Counted from the whole stretch's first letter, positions 11,583 to 23,140 are shown. The stretch is 62,194 nt of DNA, filler included, from Pirum gemmata (GCA_002812295.1; 15 parts of 15 records of this genome joined end to end with filler, not necessarily neighbours in it), one strand, 5' to 3'. The notes: a model not told the origin generated them from the letters alone. Translations and numbers: made by a program.

Positions 11583-12490
11583 GTAAAATTTGTTTAACTG
11601 GCCACAAAGAATAGTATAATATTGTTAAAATGTTAGGAAATAATTAATTTTTTATGAAAATCTTCTCTTCGAGCTTCTGGTGCAATTTCGTGTTGGAGGG
11701 GAGCCAAGACACCTGTGTATACTGCTATGTATTAAGTACAATACCCAGACTTAGTATTAGATTCTCTGTAAATTTTACTTCTTATGTGGGGTTTATGGAG
11801 ATATATATAATAGCAAATCAAAATTGGCGAAATGACAAAATTTTGGGTCAATTTGCAATCCGGGTAACCATGAGCAGAAGAGGAGTGCGTTGCCCAATCC
11901 AAGAAAAAAAACTGACTCGAATTTTTTAATGGGCAATAGGCGCAAGCCTAACCCCGCGACAGTTTTAGGAGGTAACCACCGCTAAGGGCGTTAAACTGTT
12001 AAAGCAAAATCCTGCCTTAGCTCCAGCTGGGGGGGGGGAGGGGGTAAATTTATATTTTAAATACAGGTTAATTTCAAAAAGAAAAAAAAGCTCAATTCTA
12101 AAAATCAAAAACGCGTACAACCACCACATTCCATTCACACATGTGGGCAAGTCTTTCAGTCCTTTAGTAGCAATTTTATATAATATTTTTAATTTTCGAC
12201 GTATTTCCGGTTCGGTGCATTCTCAAATGCTTCTATGAGCCTATTCCGCACCATTTGGTGATAACCTTACATAATCAAATATCATCTTAGTAAGCAAATA
12301 TTACTTAAGAAAGACAGCTGTATAAGATAATTATTTGATGCAATTGAACCAAATAAACTACAATCTTTGCATATAGAAGCATCCTAAACTATGCCCAACA
12401 AACTTGTCATACAGTTTAGCAATTAAATAAGTGTAGTATTGGCCATGAAAATCTGATCAAAATTGCAATAAATTTATAAATACATACCAG

Positions 12491-12623
12491 CTAAATATTA
12501 ATATTAACATTCCTGTCAGCAAATTTAGATAATTCGGTTTCAAGTAAATTGTTAATGCTGATACCATCATGAGAATAAACCCATTCCTTTCGGTCCTCGT
12601 TATAATCGTATCTCCTTGGCCCT
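12491..12623 (-). CDS. FXN: Frataxin, last exon (not in the ORF track)
   Basis: After a polypyrimidine tract and CAG acceptor it reads x-GPRRYDYNEDRKEWVYSHDGISINNLLETELSKFADRNVNINI-stop, matching the frataxin C-terminal GP(K/R)RYD...WVYSHDG..L..LL..EL motif. Confidence 0.93.
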
Positions 12624-13199
12624 CTGGTATGATTAAAAAAAAGGGGTTTAGTAGTTGGGTTTGGTATTTAAAGGAGGTAAAAATAGTTGAAACCACAATA
12701 TATAATTACTATAATAATTATAATAAATAATTATAATAATAATTATAATAATAATTATAATTATGANNNNNNNNNNNNNNNNNNNNNNNNNNNNNNNNNN
12801 NNNNNNNNNNTTAATTAATTAANNNNNNNNNNNNNNNNNNNNNNNNNNNNNNNNNNNNNNNNNNNNACCCTAACCCTAACCCTAACCCTAATCCCAACCT
12901 TGATCCTAACCTTAACTCTAACTCTAAACCCTAAACCCTAAACCCTAAACCTAACCCTAACCACTAGCCCTAACCCAACCCTTAACCCCAACCCCAACTC
13001 CAACGCCAAAACCAACCCTTACCCTTACCATTACCCTTACCTTTACCCTATATAACTAACTTGCTAATTTATTTTTTATAATTACTAAATAAGCTATCGT
13101 AAATGGGTCGAAAATGCAGATTTTCGAACCCTAACCCTAGCCCTAACCCTAAGTTAGGTGGTTATTAATTTGTTTTATTAAATTTGTTATTATCATTAG

Positions 13200-13493
13200 C
13201 CTGTAAGTCCAGTGAAATAGCGCAATCGGGAAATTGCGCAAGTGAATCAGAAGTTACAGCATGCAGTAATACTAATGGACTGACAAACATAACCTGTTCC
13301 CTGGCTAAAAAAGGATATTATCTAGACAGTTTTGGATTTTCGCACAACTGCGCGACAACGAGTATAGCAAACCTTGGAAATTGTGAAAACGAAAACAGTG
13401 TTTTAACCTGTGATGGAACGAATGGTTTTGAAAACATTACTTGTATAACAGCAACTTTGGGATATCATTTAGATGATAATAATTACTCTCAAA
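13200..13493 (+). CDS. Cys-rich 49-aa repeat surface/secreted protein, internal exon encoding two repeats
   Basis: 294 nt, TAG acceptor, GTAAAC donor, phase 1-1. Repeat pattern C-x8-GNC-x8-C-x4-G-x2-NITC-x2-A-x2-GY(Y/H)LD. Confidence 0.85.
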
Positions 13494-13524
13494 GTAAACA
13501 CTATATATTTACATAATTTCTTTG

Positions 13525-14300
13525 TTAGGGTTATGATTAGGATTAAGGTTAAGGTTAAAGTTAGGGTTAGGGTTAGGGTTAGGGTTAGGGTTAGGGTTAG
13601 GGTTAGGGTTAGGGTTAGGGTTAGGGTTAGGGTTAGGGTTAAGGTTAGGGTTAGGGTTAAGGTTAGGGTTGGGGTTAGGTTAGGGTTAAGGTTAAGGTTA
13701 AGGTTAGTGTTAGGGTTAGATGACAATGATTTCTTTCAAAGTAAACACTATATATTTATATATTTTCTTTGTAGGATAAGGATTGGAGTTAAGAGTAGGG
13801 TTAAGGTTAGGTTTAAGGTTAGGGTTAGAGTTAGAGTTAGGGTTAGGGTTAGGGTTAGGGTTAGGGTTAGGGTTAGGGTTAGGGTTAGGGTTAGGGTTAG
13901 GGTTAGGGTTAGGGTTAGNNNNNNNNNNNNNNNNNNNNNNNNNNNNNNNNNNNNNNNNNNNNNNNNNNNNNNNNNNNNNNNNTTAGGGTTAAGGTTAGGG
14001 TTAGGGTTAGGGTTAGGGTTAGGGTTAGGGTTAGGGTTAGGGTTAGGGTTAGGGTTAGGGTCAGATGGCAATGATTACTCTCAAAGAAAGCACTATATAT
14101 TAATATATTTTCTTTGTTAGAATTAGGATTAGGGTTAAGGTTAGGGTTAAAGTTAACGTAAGGGTTATGATTAGTGTTATTGTTAGGATTAGTGTTATTG
14201 TTAGGATTAGTTATATCAGGGGTTAAGGATATGGTTAGCTAACCCTTATCTCTTAAGGTTGAAGTTAGAGTTTCTTTTTTTATTCATTTATTCATTTATG
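13525..14300. repeat. Intronic (TTAGGG)n arrays with two duplicated exon-end/donor blocks
   Basis: Long TTAGGG runs. Blocks at about 13716-13775 and 14061-14120 copy the sequence around the 13493 donor (AGATGA.AAT.ATT.CT.TCAAAG.AA.CACTATAT). Confidence 0.9.
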
Positions 14301-14398
14301 TATCAACTTGAACCCTAACCGTAATTTTATGTATGTATGTATGTATGTATGTATTTATTTATTTATTTATTTATTTATTTCTATTTGCTATTTGTAAG

Positions 14399-14545
14399 CT
14401 TGTAAAAGTAGAGTTATTAGTGATTTTGGCCATTGTTCTAGCTCAACAACGGTAACTGCATGTTCACACACAACTGGGTTACACAATATTACATGCAGTG
14501 AAGCAGAATTAGGATACCATTTGGATGAAAACAATTTCGCACATT
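14399..14545 (+). CDS. Cys-rich 49-aa repeat protein, single-repeat exon
   Basis: 147 nt, AAG acceptor, GTATTT donor, phase 1-1. CKSRVISDFGHCSSSTTVTACSHTTGLHNITCSEAELGYHLDENNFAH. Confidence 0.85.
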
Positions 14546-14812
14546 GTATTTTTCTTATTCGTACCCTAATCTTAACCCTATTTCTAACCCTAACCCTAAC
14601 CCTAACCCCTAACCCCTAACGCTAACGCTAACGAATACTATCTAATGCTAACGCTAACCCTAACCCTAACATAAGTATGCCAAGTGAACTCTGTACAAAA
14701 TGTGGTTAACCCTAACCCTAACCCTAACCCTAACCCTAACCCTAACCCTAACCCTAACCCTAACCCTAACCCTAACCCTAACCCTAACCATATTCTAAAC
14801 CTTATACTATAG

Positions 14813-14959
14813 CATGTAAAACAATAGCAACCGCTCTTACCGGTAATTGTGCAGATAGTAGTAACGTGTTAACTTGTGAAGGAGACCAAGGGCTTTTAGG
14901 AATTTCTTGTTCCCAGGCAGCCACAGGATACCATCTTGATTCATCTAATACTGCAAAAA
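14813..14959 (+). CDS. Cys-rich 49-aa repeat protein, single-repeat exon
   Basis: 147 nt, TAG acceptor, GTATGA donor. CKTIATALTGNCADSSNVLTCEGDQGLLGISCSQAATGYHLDSSNTAK. Confidence 0.85.
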
Positions 14960-15660
14960 GTATGAAATATTATTGTTAATATAATATAATATATATATAG
15001 GGTTAGTGTTAGGGTTTAGGTTAGGGTTTAGGTTTGGGTTAGGGTATATATAATTGACGGATGATATTGCTACTATTACTACTACTATTACTACTGTTGA
15101 TATCAATACCAGATTACTAGTAACTTTAACCCTGCCACTAGCACTAATCCTAACATTAGTTCTTAATGCTAACTCGACTCCCCTCCCTCCCCCAAAAATA
15201 CGAAATATTATTTTTAATATATATTATATATATATCTATCTATATACATATCCATATACCCTAACCCTAACCCTAACCCTAACCCTAACCCTTACTAACA
15301 TTAGTTCTTACTACTAGGGTTAGGGTTAGGTTAGGGTTAGGGTTAGGGTTAGTTATTAAGACTATTTACATTGACAAATAAGATTTAATAATTTAAATCA
15401 TAACCTTTAACTTAACCTTAATCGTAACATTAACCTTAACCGTAACCGTAACCGTAACCGTAACCATAATCGTAACTGTAACTATAACTATAACCATAAC
15501 TGTAGCTGAAACCGTAACTATAACCGTAATCGTAAGCCTAACCTTACTTAATATAAACCTTAATCTAAACCTTAATCTAAACCTTAACCTTAACCTTAGC
15601 CTTAACCGTAACCGTAACCGTAACCGTAACTTTAACTTTAACCCTAACCCTTTTTTCCAA

Positions 15661-15750
15661 CATGTTAAACCCTTTTTACTTCTGTTCCCAGAAATTGTCC
15701 GGAGTAAGTTGTTGTAGTGGTGATAATGGTTTAGATAATATACATGTGCT
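15661..15750 (+). pseudogene. Dead duplicate of the 15928-16074 exon
   Basis: Shares CATGT.AAACC..., GAAATTGTC and TTGTAGTGGTGAT.ATGGTTTAGATAATAT.ACATGTGCT. The acceptor reads CAA instead of AG; there are indels and the 3' end is lost in a (CCTTAA)n run. Confidence 0.8.
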
Positions 15751-15927
15751 AACCTAACCCCTAACCTTAACCTTAACCTTAACCTTAACCTTAACCTTAA
15801 CCTTAACCTTAACCTTAACCTTAACCTTAACCTTAACCTTAACCTTAACCTTAACCTTAACCTTAACATTAAACTTAACTGTAACTGTAACTGTAACTGT
15901 AACTTTAACCCTCACCTTTTTTTTCAG

Positions 15928-16074
15928 CATGTCAAACCTTTGTTATTTCTCTTACCGGAAATTGTCTTATGCTTTCTGAAGTAATTTCTTGTAGTGGTGA
16001 TTATGGTTTAGATAATATTACATGTGCTACGGCAGCATTTGGTTATTATATAGATGAACATGATTATGCACAAA
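15928..16074 (+). CDS. Cys-rich 49-aa repeat protein, single-repeat exon
   Basis: 147 nt, CAG acceptor, GTAAGT donor. CQTFVISLTGNCLMLSEVISCSGDYGLDNITCATAAFGYYIDEHDYAQ. Confidence 0.87.
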
Positions 16075-16720
16075 GTAAGTATTGCAGAATAATAACAACA
16101 AGAACAACAAGAACAACAACGAGAACAACAAGAACAACAAGAACAACAAGAACAACAAGAACAACAACGAGAACAACAAGAACAACAAGAACAAGAACAA
16201 GAACAAGAACAAGTACAAGTACAACAACAGCAACAACAACAACAACAACAACAACAACAGCAACAACNNNNNNNNNNNNNNNNNNNNNNNNNNNNNNNNN
16301 NNNNNNNNNNNTTAATTAATTAANNNNNNNNNNNNNNNNNNNNNNNNNNNNNNNNNNNNNNNNNNNNTACTACTACTACTACTACTACTACTACGAATGT
16401 GAAACAGAAAAAGGCAACAGATGAAACAGAAAAAGGCAAAGTGGGCATTCCCTTTGCAAGCCTTTTTCTTTGTTCACACTGTTTTACCACATTCCCAAAT
16501 TTGGACTTCTGTGTAGAGGAAGAGGGTTCCTTCATTTTTTTTTTATTTTTTTACTCACTCCGCCTTTTTTTTTTTTTTCTTACTTTTTTTTTTTTTTAAA
16601 AACAATTGTTTTTTTTTTGTGTTTTTTCCCAGGCGAGCGGCAAACGAAGCTCGGCTCGTAAAAAAAAAAAAATGAAGGAATCGGTTCCACTAAAAACTGT
16701 TAAAAGGAACATATATTAAA

Positions 16721-16850
16721 TTCGGGAGTCAAGATTCAGACTGAAGTTTCAGTCAGCAAAAAAAAAAAGTTCGGGAGTCAAGATTCGGACTGAAGTTTCA
16801 GCTCGGAAGTCAAAATTCAAAAAAACTTTTCAGTTGGGAATTCAAGATAC
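16721..16850. repeat. Short direct repeats TTCGGGAGTCAAGATTC(A/G)GACTGAAGTTTCAG
   Basis: Two near-identical 32-bp copies (16721, 16770) plus two decayed copies; possibly a transposon subterminal region. Confidence 0.7.
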
Positions 16851-16939
16851 AAACTGCAACTTGGGGACCGTAGTTGGGGCAGGTCATGATATCAACAATA
16901 GACTATCGATATTTTACACCCTTATTTAGAGTAGTCTAT

Positions 16940-17381
16940 GTCAGCACTATCTGACAAACAGAACCTACAGAACGAATTACAAAAACGTACAATCTATGCT
17001 ATGCGGTATATAACGTCAGGTGTTCCACAGTGATCGATATTAGGGTCAATTCTATTTATTCTATTCATCCACGACTTGCCTGACATGGTCCAATTTAAAT
17101 CGAAAATGGAAGCAACACTCTTCGCAGATGACGCAACCTTTTTCACCACCCACATCACCCCAAAACAAGCCCAAGAGGATACCCAACTAGCACTCAACTA
17201 AATACAACACTGGATTGACATATGGCATACAAAAATAAGCATAACAAAAACTCACTTGCTAATAATCAATGATAAACCAATCCAGATTAAACTAACTTTC
17301 CAAGGTAAATCAGTAACAGCAACAACCAACCCCAAGCTACTAGGATACTACCTAGATAAAGATCTTAACTACCATCACCAC
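16940..17381 (+). mobile_element. Non-LTR retrotransposon RT fragment related to the 7334-8982 element
   Basis: ITSGVPQ*SILGSILFILFIHDLP...LFADDAT...IQHWIDIWHTKISITKT...NPKLLGYYLDKDLNYHHH, with in-frame stops. Confidence 0.92.
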
Positions 17382-17880
17382 TGTTATATATTTAATAAAT
17401 ATATATCGATTATTTAGATTATTGATAAAAGAATCAAATAATATCAATTAATGACAAGGTTTGTTTTATAATACTTATGATTGTTTTTAGAAAAATCAGT
17501 TAGTATCAATTAATATTATTTAATAATAAGATTTATTTTATATTATTTATTAATGCAATATAAATAGTTATGCGGTTTTATATTTTAAATAAGATGTAGT
17601 CTTGTATTATAAATAAATTACATATATTTTGTATTATTTATTAATATAGGCATTTATGTTGATATGAAATTATAATTTGATGATTGAAAATTCATTAATT
17701 AATAAATATTAAGAAATTGTTTTATAATATTTGTTAATATATAAAATGAAAGTTGATATTTTTAATTTGATAATTAAAAAGAACCAAAATCTTGTTTTAT
17801 GATATATAAAATTATAATTACAATATTTGGTGATATTATTGAATTATTGTTGGTTTATTGATAAGTTCTTATTATCAATG

Positions 17881-18290
17881 ACGTTTGTAATTGGTATGTT
17901 GATTGTTGATAGCTTCTTACTTTACAGTAAAACGGACGGCACCTTTCCCTAACACGCAAAAGAAGTTTATGAAAGGCTTAGCAAAGGAATCGATTTACAA
18001 TAACTATGATGAGGTCCACACAGGAAGTTCGCGCAATGTATTTGAAGCTGAGCAAAGAAGTGAAGCTGTTGGTACTCCTACATTACTACCATCGAAAAAT
18101 GTGAAAGTCAGACAAAAGAAAGAAAGAGATGCTTCAACAAGAAGTACAACTGAAACAATAAGAAGATTGTGCATTGTGTGTAGGTCAAAGAAAAGTACTA
18201 ATATTTTCAGCTTATGTAATAAGCATATACGTAGTGCAAAGCAAAATGAACAATGTTTTAGAGCACATATCCAAGACCATACTATACAAT
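17881..18290 (+). mobile_element. piggyBac-like transposase C-terminal remnant
   Basis: TFVIGMLIVDSFLLY, then a frameshift to QKKFMKGLAKE, and a decayed Cys-rich tail RRLCIVC...SLCNKHI...CFRAH. Confidence 0.7.
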
Positions 18291-18669
18291 TACAAATAAT
18301 ATAATAATAACAATTACAAATAATATAATAATAACAATAATAAACAATATAACAAACTTATAGCAATAACAATATTAATGTTATTAACTATATTATCCAT
18401 GTTAGCAATGTAAACAATTTGTGTATATTAGCAAAATCAATTAACAATGTTAACACTGTTAACAACATTAATAACAGCAATAATAATGATAACATAATAA
18501 TACTGTATAATAAAAATAGTGACAATAGTAACAATGTCCCTTTCGAACAAGCATTTTATTTTTATTTTTTTGCAAAGTGGTACTAACAAACTTACAGCAA
18601 AAAAAAGCTGCTGAGCTCGAAAATGATACTCATTTTTATTAGTGAGCATCAATATTTCCTATCAAAAAC

Positions 18670-18692
18670 CAAGGACTTGAAGTCCTTCAATG
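18670..18692. mobile_element. 23-bp P-like TIR remnant with 7-bp TSD
   Basis: CAAAAAC-[CAAGGACTTGAAGTCCTTCAATG]-CAAAAAC. Confidence 0.55.
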
Positions 18693-19145
18693 CAAAAACA
18701 TAAAACTAATAAAAAACACAAAAAAAAAAGAGCTCGAACCAAAAAAAAAAAAGAAACATAGTCTAACTTCATAATAATATTATGATCGATAGCCATAATT
18801 TTTTTTTTTTTGCTGGGTACGTACTACGTACGCCGCACGCGCCGCCCAAATCTTTTTTTTTGTCCATGTCATAATCTATCGAGTTTTTTTTTTTTAAAAA
18901 AAAATTAAAAATACCAATAGAGAGCTAGCTAGCTAGCTGCTAGTTAGCCTAGGCTAGCTAGTTAGCTCTAGCTACTAGTCGAGCTACTAGCTAGCTAGTC
19001 TAGTAGTCTACTTTGTATCATAATAACGGGTTGCCTCGAATTGGGCAACTTGGGATTGGCTAATTCATCACATGAAATCCTTGAAATGGTAGTTGAAAAA
19101 GTGTTGAAAACTTGAAATCCTTGTCAGATAAATATTTTTTTTTAA

Positions 19146-19375
19146 CCAGGCCGGATAAAAATTGGACGAGCTTAAAATCGAAAAAAAATCTTAAAATGCT
19201 CTAACTTCAACCAAAGTACTACCAAAATTTGAGAACTTTTACAATTACTAACACTCTATTATGAACCAATGCCTAGTTTTTAATAACAATTTGGTTAGTT
19301 AAGGGTTAAAGATTTTTAGAAAAGAAGTCTAAAAAAATGATTTATAGACTTTTAATACAGTTTTATCCGGCTTGG
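19146..19375. mobile_element. MITE-like element, 230 bp
   Basis: Imperfect TIR CCAGGCCGGATAAAA / TTTTATCCGGCTTGG. Left flank TTAA; right flank does not match. Confidence 0.6.
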
Positions 19376-20226
19376 CAAAAGAAAAAAGAATTTTTTTCCC
19401 GCTTGAAAAAGTTAAACTTTTTTTTGATCAAAATCGAGCCTAAAGGCTCGAATCTCGAAACAAACATTGCCTTTCTTCGGTTACATAAGCTGCCTGCTTA
19501 TTTATTTAGAATATTGATATTAAATTTTAGCCAGGTGAGAGAGTGACGAGCATGCTTCTCGGATCCTTGTAAAAAATGATCGAAACCGAGTCATAGCTCG
19601 AGCACAAAACACTAACCACAAACAGTCAGCACCAAAGGGTCTAGCTAGTCTATGGCTCTAATATCATAGTACTAAGTCTAACCAAGGCCCTGTGGTAAGG
19701 GGACACCCACAAAGTCTATAGATATTTATACATAAAAACTATGATACTACTAAATAAAAATTATCATGTAAGAAACAAAATAAACCAAACATACATACAA
19801 ACAACCAACAACACCAACCAATAACACCAACCAACAGCACCAACCAACAGCACCAACCAACAGCACCAACCAACAACAACCAACAACCAACAACCAACAA
19901 CCAACAACCAACAACCAACAACCAACAACCAACAAGAACAACCAACTCTCTTATTCGTTATTACTATTACCTTTAGTCACTACCGTATAAGGGCGATATA
20001 ATGCTGATAACCTAATAGAAACAGCATCAACAGTNNNNNNNNNNNNNNNNNNNNNNNNNNNNNNNNNNNNNNNNNNNNTTAATTAATTAANNNNNNNNNN
20101 NNNNNNNNNNNNNNNNNNNNNNNNNNNNNNNNNNAATAATAATAACAATATTTAAAAAATTGAAAATAAACATAATCAAAACTATCTCTAATACCATATG
20201 AAAATTTTTAGTTTTCTAAATATTAC

Positions 20227-20515
20227 CTGACCCTTCGGAAAAAGCGTAATTTAATTCAGCAAGCAACTCAGCTTTTCTAAGACCATCAGTCTCCATTATT
20301 TTTTTAAGCTTGGCACCAGAATAAATAATAACATTTTGGATTATGTTATCAGCGAAAGGGTATTCCTTTATATCAGCTTTTTGTTCTACAATGGATTCAA
20401 ATTCTTCAAATTTTCTGGCCAATTTTCTCTTTTTGGTTTCCTCAAGATCATCACTCTCCAAGTGAAAGAAAGACTGATGCAAACGTTTCCTGTTTACATT
20501 CTCTTCTTCTGTCAT
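20227..20515 (-). CDS. Phytanoyl-CoA dioxygenase (PhyH)-family protein, bacterial/fungal type, first exon
   Basis: ATG at 20515, G|GTAATA donor. FEEFESIVEQKADIKEYPFADNIIQNVIIYSG...AELLAELNYAFSEGSG resembles the N-terminal extension of long bacterial/fungal PhyH proteins (YP.A..V.QNV..YD...AE...AL.DGPG). Recognised from memory. Confidence 0.7.
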
Positions 20516-21280
20516 TTTAGACGTAGGATTTAGTACAAAGCTTTTCTGCGCTACATACAAATATAATTCACTCAATTATTTATAAAAAAAGTTACTTCTT
20601 CCCCTGATTTTCGTTTATTTGCCAATTTTACTCCAGCAGAGAGAACTTCTCAGGAGAGAGAGAACTAAGTCTTGCTGATAAGGGCTACTAAATTTGTGCT
20701 AATAAGAATGTATTCTCTGCGTTTCGGATACTCTCTAGCTAGCTAGTAGTTAGCTAGCTAGGTGTAGTGGAGACTGGAGAATCTCTAGCTAGCCAGCTAG
20801 CTAGCTAGTAGTAGTAGTGGAGAACTAGCTAGATAAAATATCAATATCGATATCATAATAGTAGTCTATCTATCATAGCTACTACTACTATTGATAGCTA
20901 GCTAGAACAAACTGACCTGGTACTTAAAAACAAAGACGGTTGAAAGAGCGTTGAAAGACCCCATGGAAAAGCAAACAAGCAAGCTGAACAAGCAAGAGGA
21001 CTGACTGCCTGACTGGACACAAGTTTTTTTTTTTTTTTGTTTTGTTTTTGCCCTAAAATCCAAATTCTACTGTTCTACTTAGGGTCATTCTAGTATCATA
21101 TCATAGACGAAAAATATCAGATATCATAGAATCTAGCTAATTTATTGTCTACACACTGTAACGTAACACACGGGTCTTTGATTTCAAGACTTCCAAGAGT
21201 CTTCCAAGACTCTTCCAAGACTCTTCCAAGTCCTTGCTTTATTATTAGACTATATAAATAACGGAATTTTTATTTTAAAA

Positions 21281-21600
21281 GAAATATGAAAGAAGGGACT
21301 AGCGACAAACCACCAACAACACTAATGAATCTAAACTAGATTCTAAAGCTTTCGAAACAAAAGTATACAAAAGAAAAAATTGTAGTCTCCTAGCGACAAA
21401 AATGAAAACTAAAAACAAAATATGAACGAACGACTTAATGACGTCAAAGTACCTTCTAACAACAATTTGTACTATTAATTTCAAAAGAAGGGGTGCTAGA
21501 TCCGGGCGCCACTCGAGAGACACCATAATGAGCTGACCAGGCCTTATACGGTTATACCTGGATTGGAGTAGCCCAAACACTGCCCAAACCTAGCCCAAAA
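21281..21600 (+). mobile_element. 5'-truncated copy of the LINE 3' end
   Basis: Collinear with the reverse complement of about 7375-7721 (GAAATATGAAAGAAGG, AAACCACCAACAACACTAAT, AATGACGTCAAA.TACCTTCTAA, CAATTTGTACTATTAATTTC, CTAGATCCGG, AATGAGCTGACCAGGCCTT). Confidence 0.88.
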
Positions 21601-21641
21601 TACATATGGATATACCGGGTAGACTAATAATAGACCCTATG

Positions 21642-21683
21642 CAAGGACTTCAAAAAAAGAACCTTTGAAGTTTGAAGTCCTTG
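21642..21683. mobile_element. 42-bp P-like TIR remnant with 7-bp TSD
   Basis: CCCTATG-[CAAGGACTTCAAA...TTTGAAGTCCTTG]-CCCTATG; perfect 13-bp TIR. Confidence 0.75.
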
Positions 21684-22008
21684 CCCTATGATAAAAAAAA
21701 AAAAAGGTCTAAAAAAAAATCCTGATTGATAGCTAAGCTAGCTAGTAGTAGCTATCGATAGAGCTATGATACTCTACTTACTAGTAGCTAGCCAGCTACA
21801 GTAGGCCTTTATAGTAGCTAGCTAGCTCTAGCTAGTAGTAGTTAGTTAGGCTGAACTAAGATTGAGGTGAGCGGCTCCAAAAAAAAACCACGTTGTTGTC
21901 CTGTAGCTATCTGATACTACTAGCTAGCTAGCTACCTAGCGCTTTTTTACTGCTTTTTTGCTGTATTGGTGAAATAAAAAATATAAATAATAATAATAAA
22001 AATAGCAA

Positions 22009-22114
22009 ACAATAACAATAACAATAACAATAACAATAACAATAACAATAACAATAACAATAACAATAACAATAACAATAACAATAACAATAACAATAAC
22101 AATAACAATAACAA
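22009..22114. repeat. (ACAATA)n microsatellite
   Basis: Direct reading. Confidence 0.95.
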
Positions 22115-22227
22115 CGCAACAGCAGCCGTAAAAACTGCAGCAACAACAAAAAAGAAAAAGAAGGGGGATTAAAAAACTCCATAAAAACGAAACATAAATT
22201 GATTTTAATAGAAAAAATAATCGCAAA

Positions 22228-22862
22228 ATGATTGTATCAATACGGTGTTCTTTTACCCATGTTTTCCCTCGTAGGCTAGCAACAGCTGTACAAGGACAGA
22301 GAAATCCAAAGGAAACTTGTGTGCGAGGTCTAGCTACAGTTGATCCCGGTTCTCAGATCCACCATTACAACAAACATATTGCTAATATTGGTAAAAACAA
22401 TAAAAACAATAAAACTAGTAAGGAAAATAGAAATGAAAGCAATAATAATAATAATAATACTAAAAAGATTGGAAGAATTAAAAATGTCAATAATAAAAAT
22501 GATATTAACAATACGAATAAATATGCTAAAAATAGCAAAAAAATTAAAATCGATAAAAACTACAGCAGCAGTGACAACAACTACAACAACAACAATAGTG
22601 ATACTAAAAATACTGATGAAATTAAAAATACCAAAGATTCTATTTTAACAACAAATAACACACTTGAAAATTGTATCAATGAAAATAATAAAGTAAGTTT
22701 TGACAACAATAGTAACGATAATAGTAACAGCAGCAACATAAAGCAAGAAGAGCAACAAAAGCAAGAAATGCACACTAAACACATTGGAGTTCTCCATGAA
22801 GATTTTGTCGATGTTCCCAAGTTCATAACTCTTAACGAAAAAGTGAACAAAAATTTACTGAG
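22228..22862 (+). CDS. Asn-rich protein with mitochondrial-presequence-like N-terminus, exon 1
   Basis: AAAATG start; Arg-rich, acid-poor N-terminus (MIVSIRCSFTHVFPRRLATAV); AG|GTAATT donor in phase 2. Divergent from the PhyH-like gene. Confidence 0.7.
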
Positions 22863-23140
22863 GTAATTTTTATTTTATTATTTCATTATTGTTTGAGTAG
22901 TATGGATTATCATTGAATATTCATTTATTGAATGAATATTGATAATGCTTTTTATAGGTAATTTTGTTACTGTGCGATTATAAGAGTATGTAATAGTATG
23001 GTGGTGTGCTCATTTATATATATATATATATATATATAGAGCCATATTCACAACATCATACTTTTAAAATCTCTATTATAAAGAATGTAATAGTAAGATG
23101 GTGTGATTGTGGTTATTATATATATATATATGTGTGTGTG

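Noticed and set aside
12457..12696. 79-aa hydrophobic ORF from the track
   Set aside because: Wrong frame; the overlapping frame encodes the frataxin C-terminus.
13469..14120. VRVRVR, LTLTLT and LGLGLG ORFs (also 15393-15869 and 45637-45881)
   Set aside because: Translations of TTAGGG-type arrays.
16721..16850. CRISPR-like repeats (also 24880-25113 and 38912-39720)
   Set aside because: Only two or three copies, no regular unique spacers, no cas genes, eukaryotic context.
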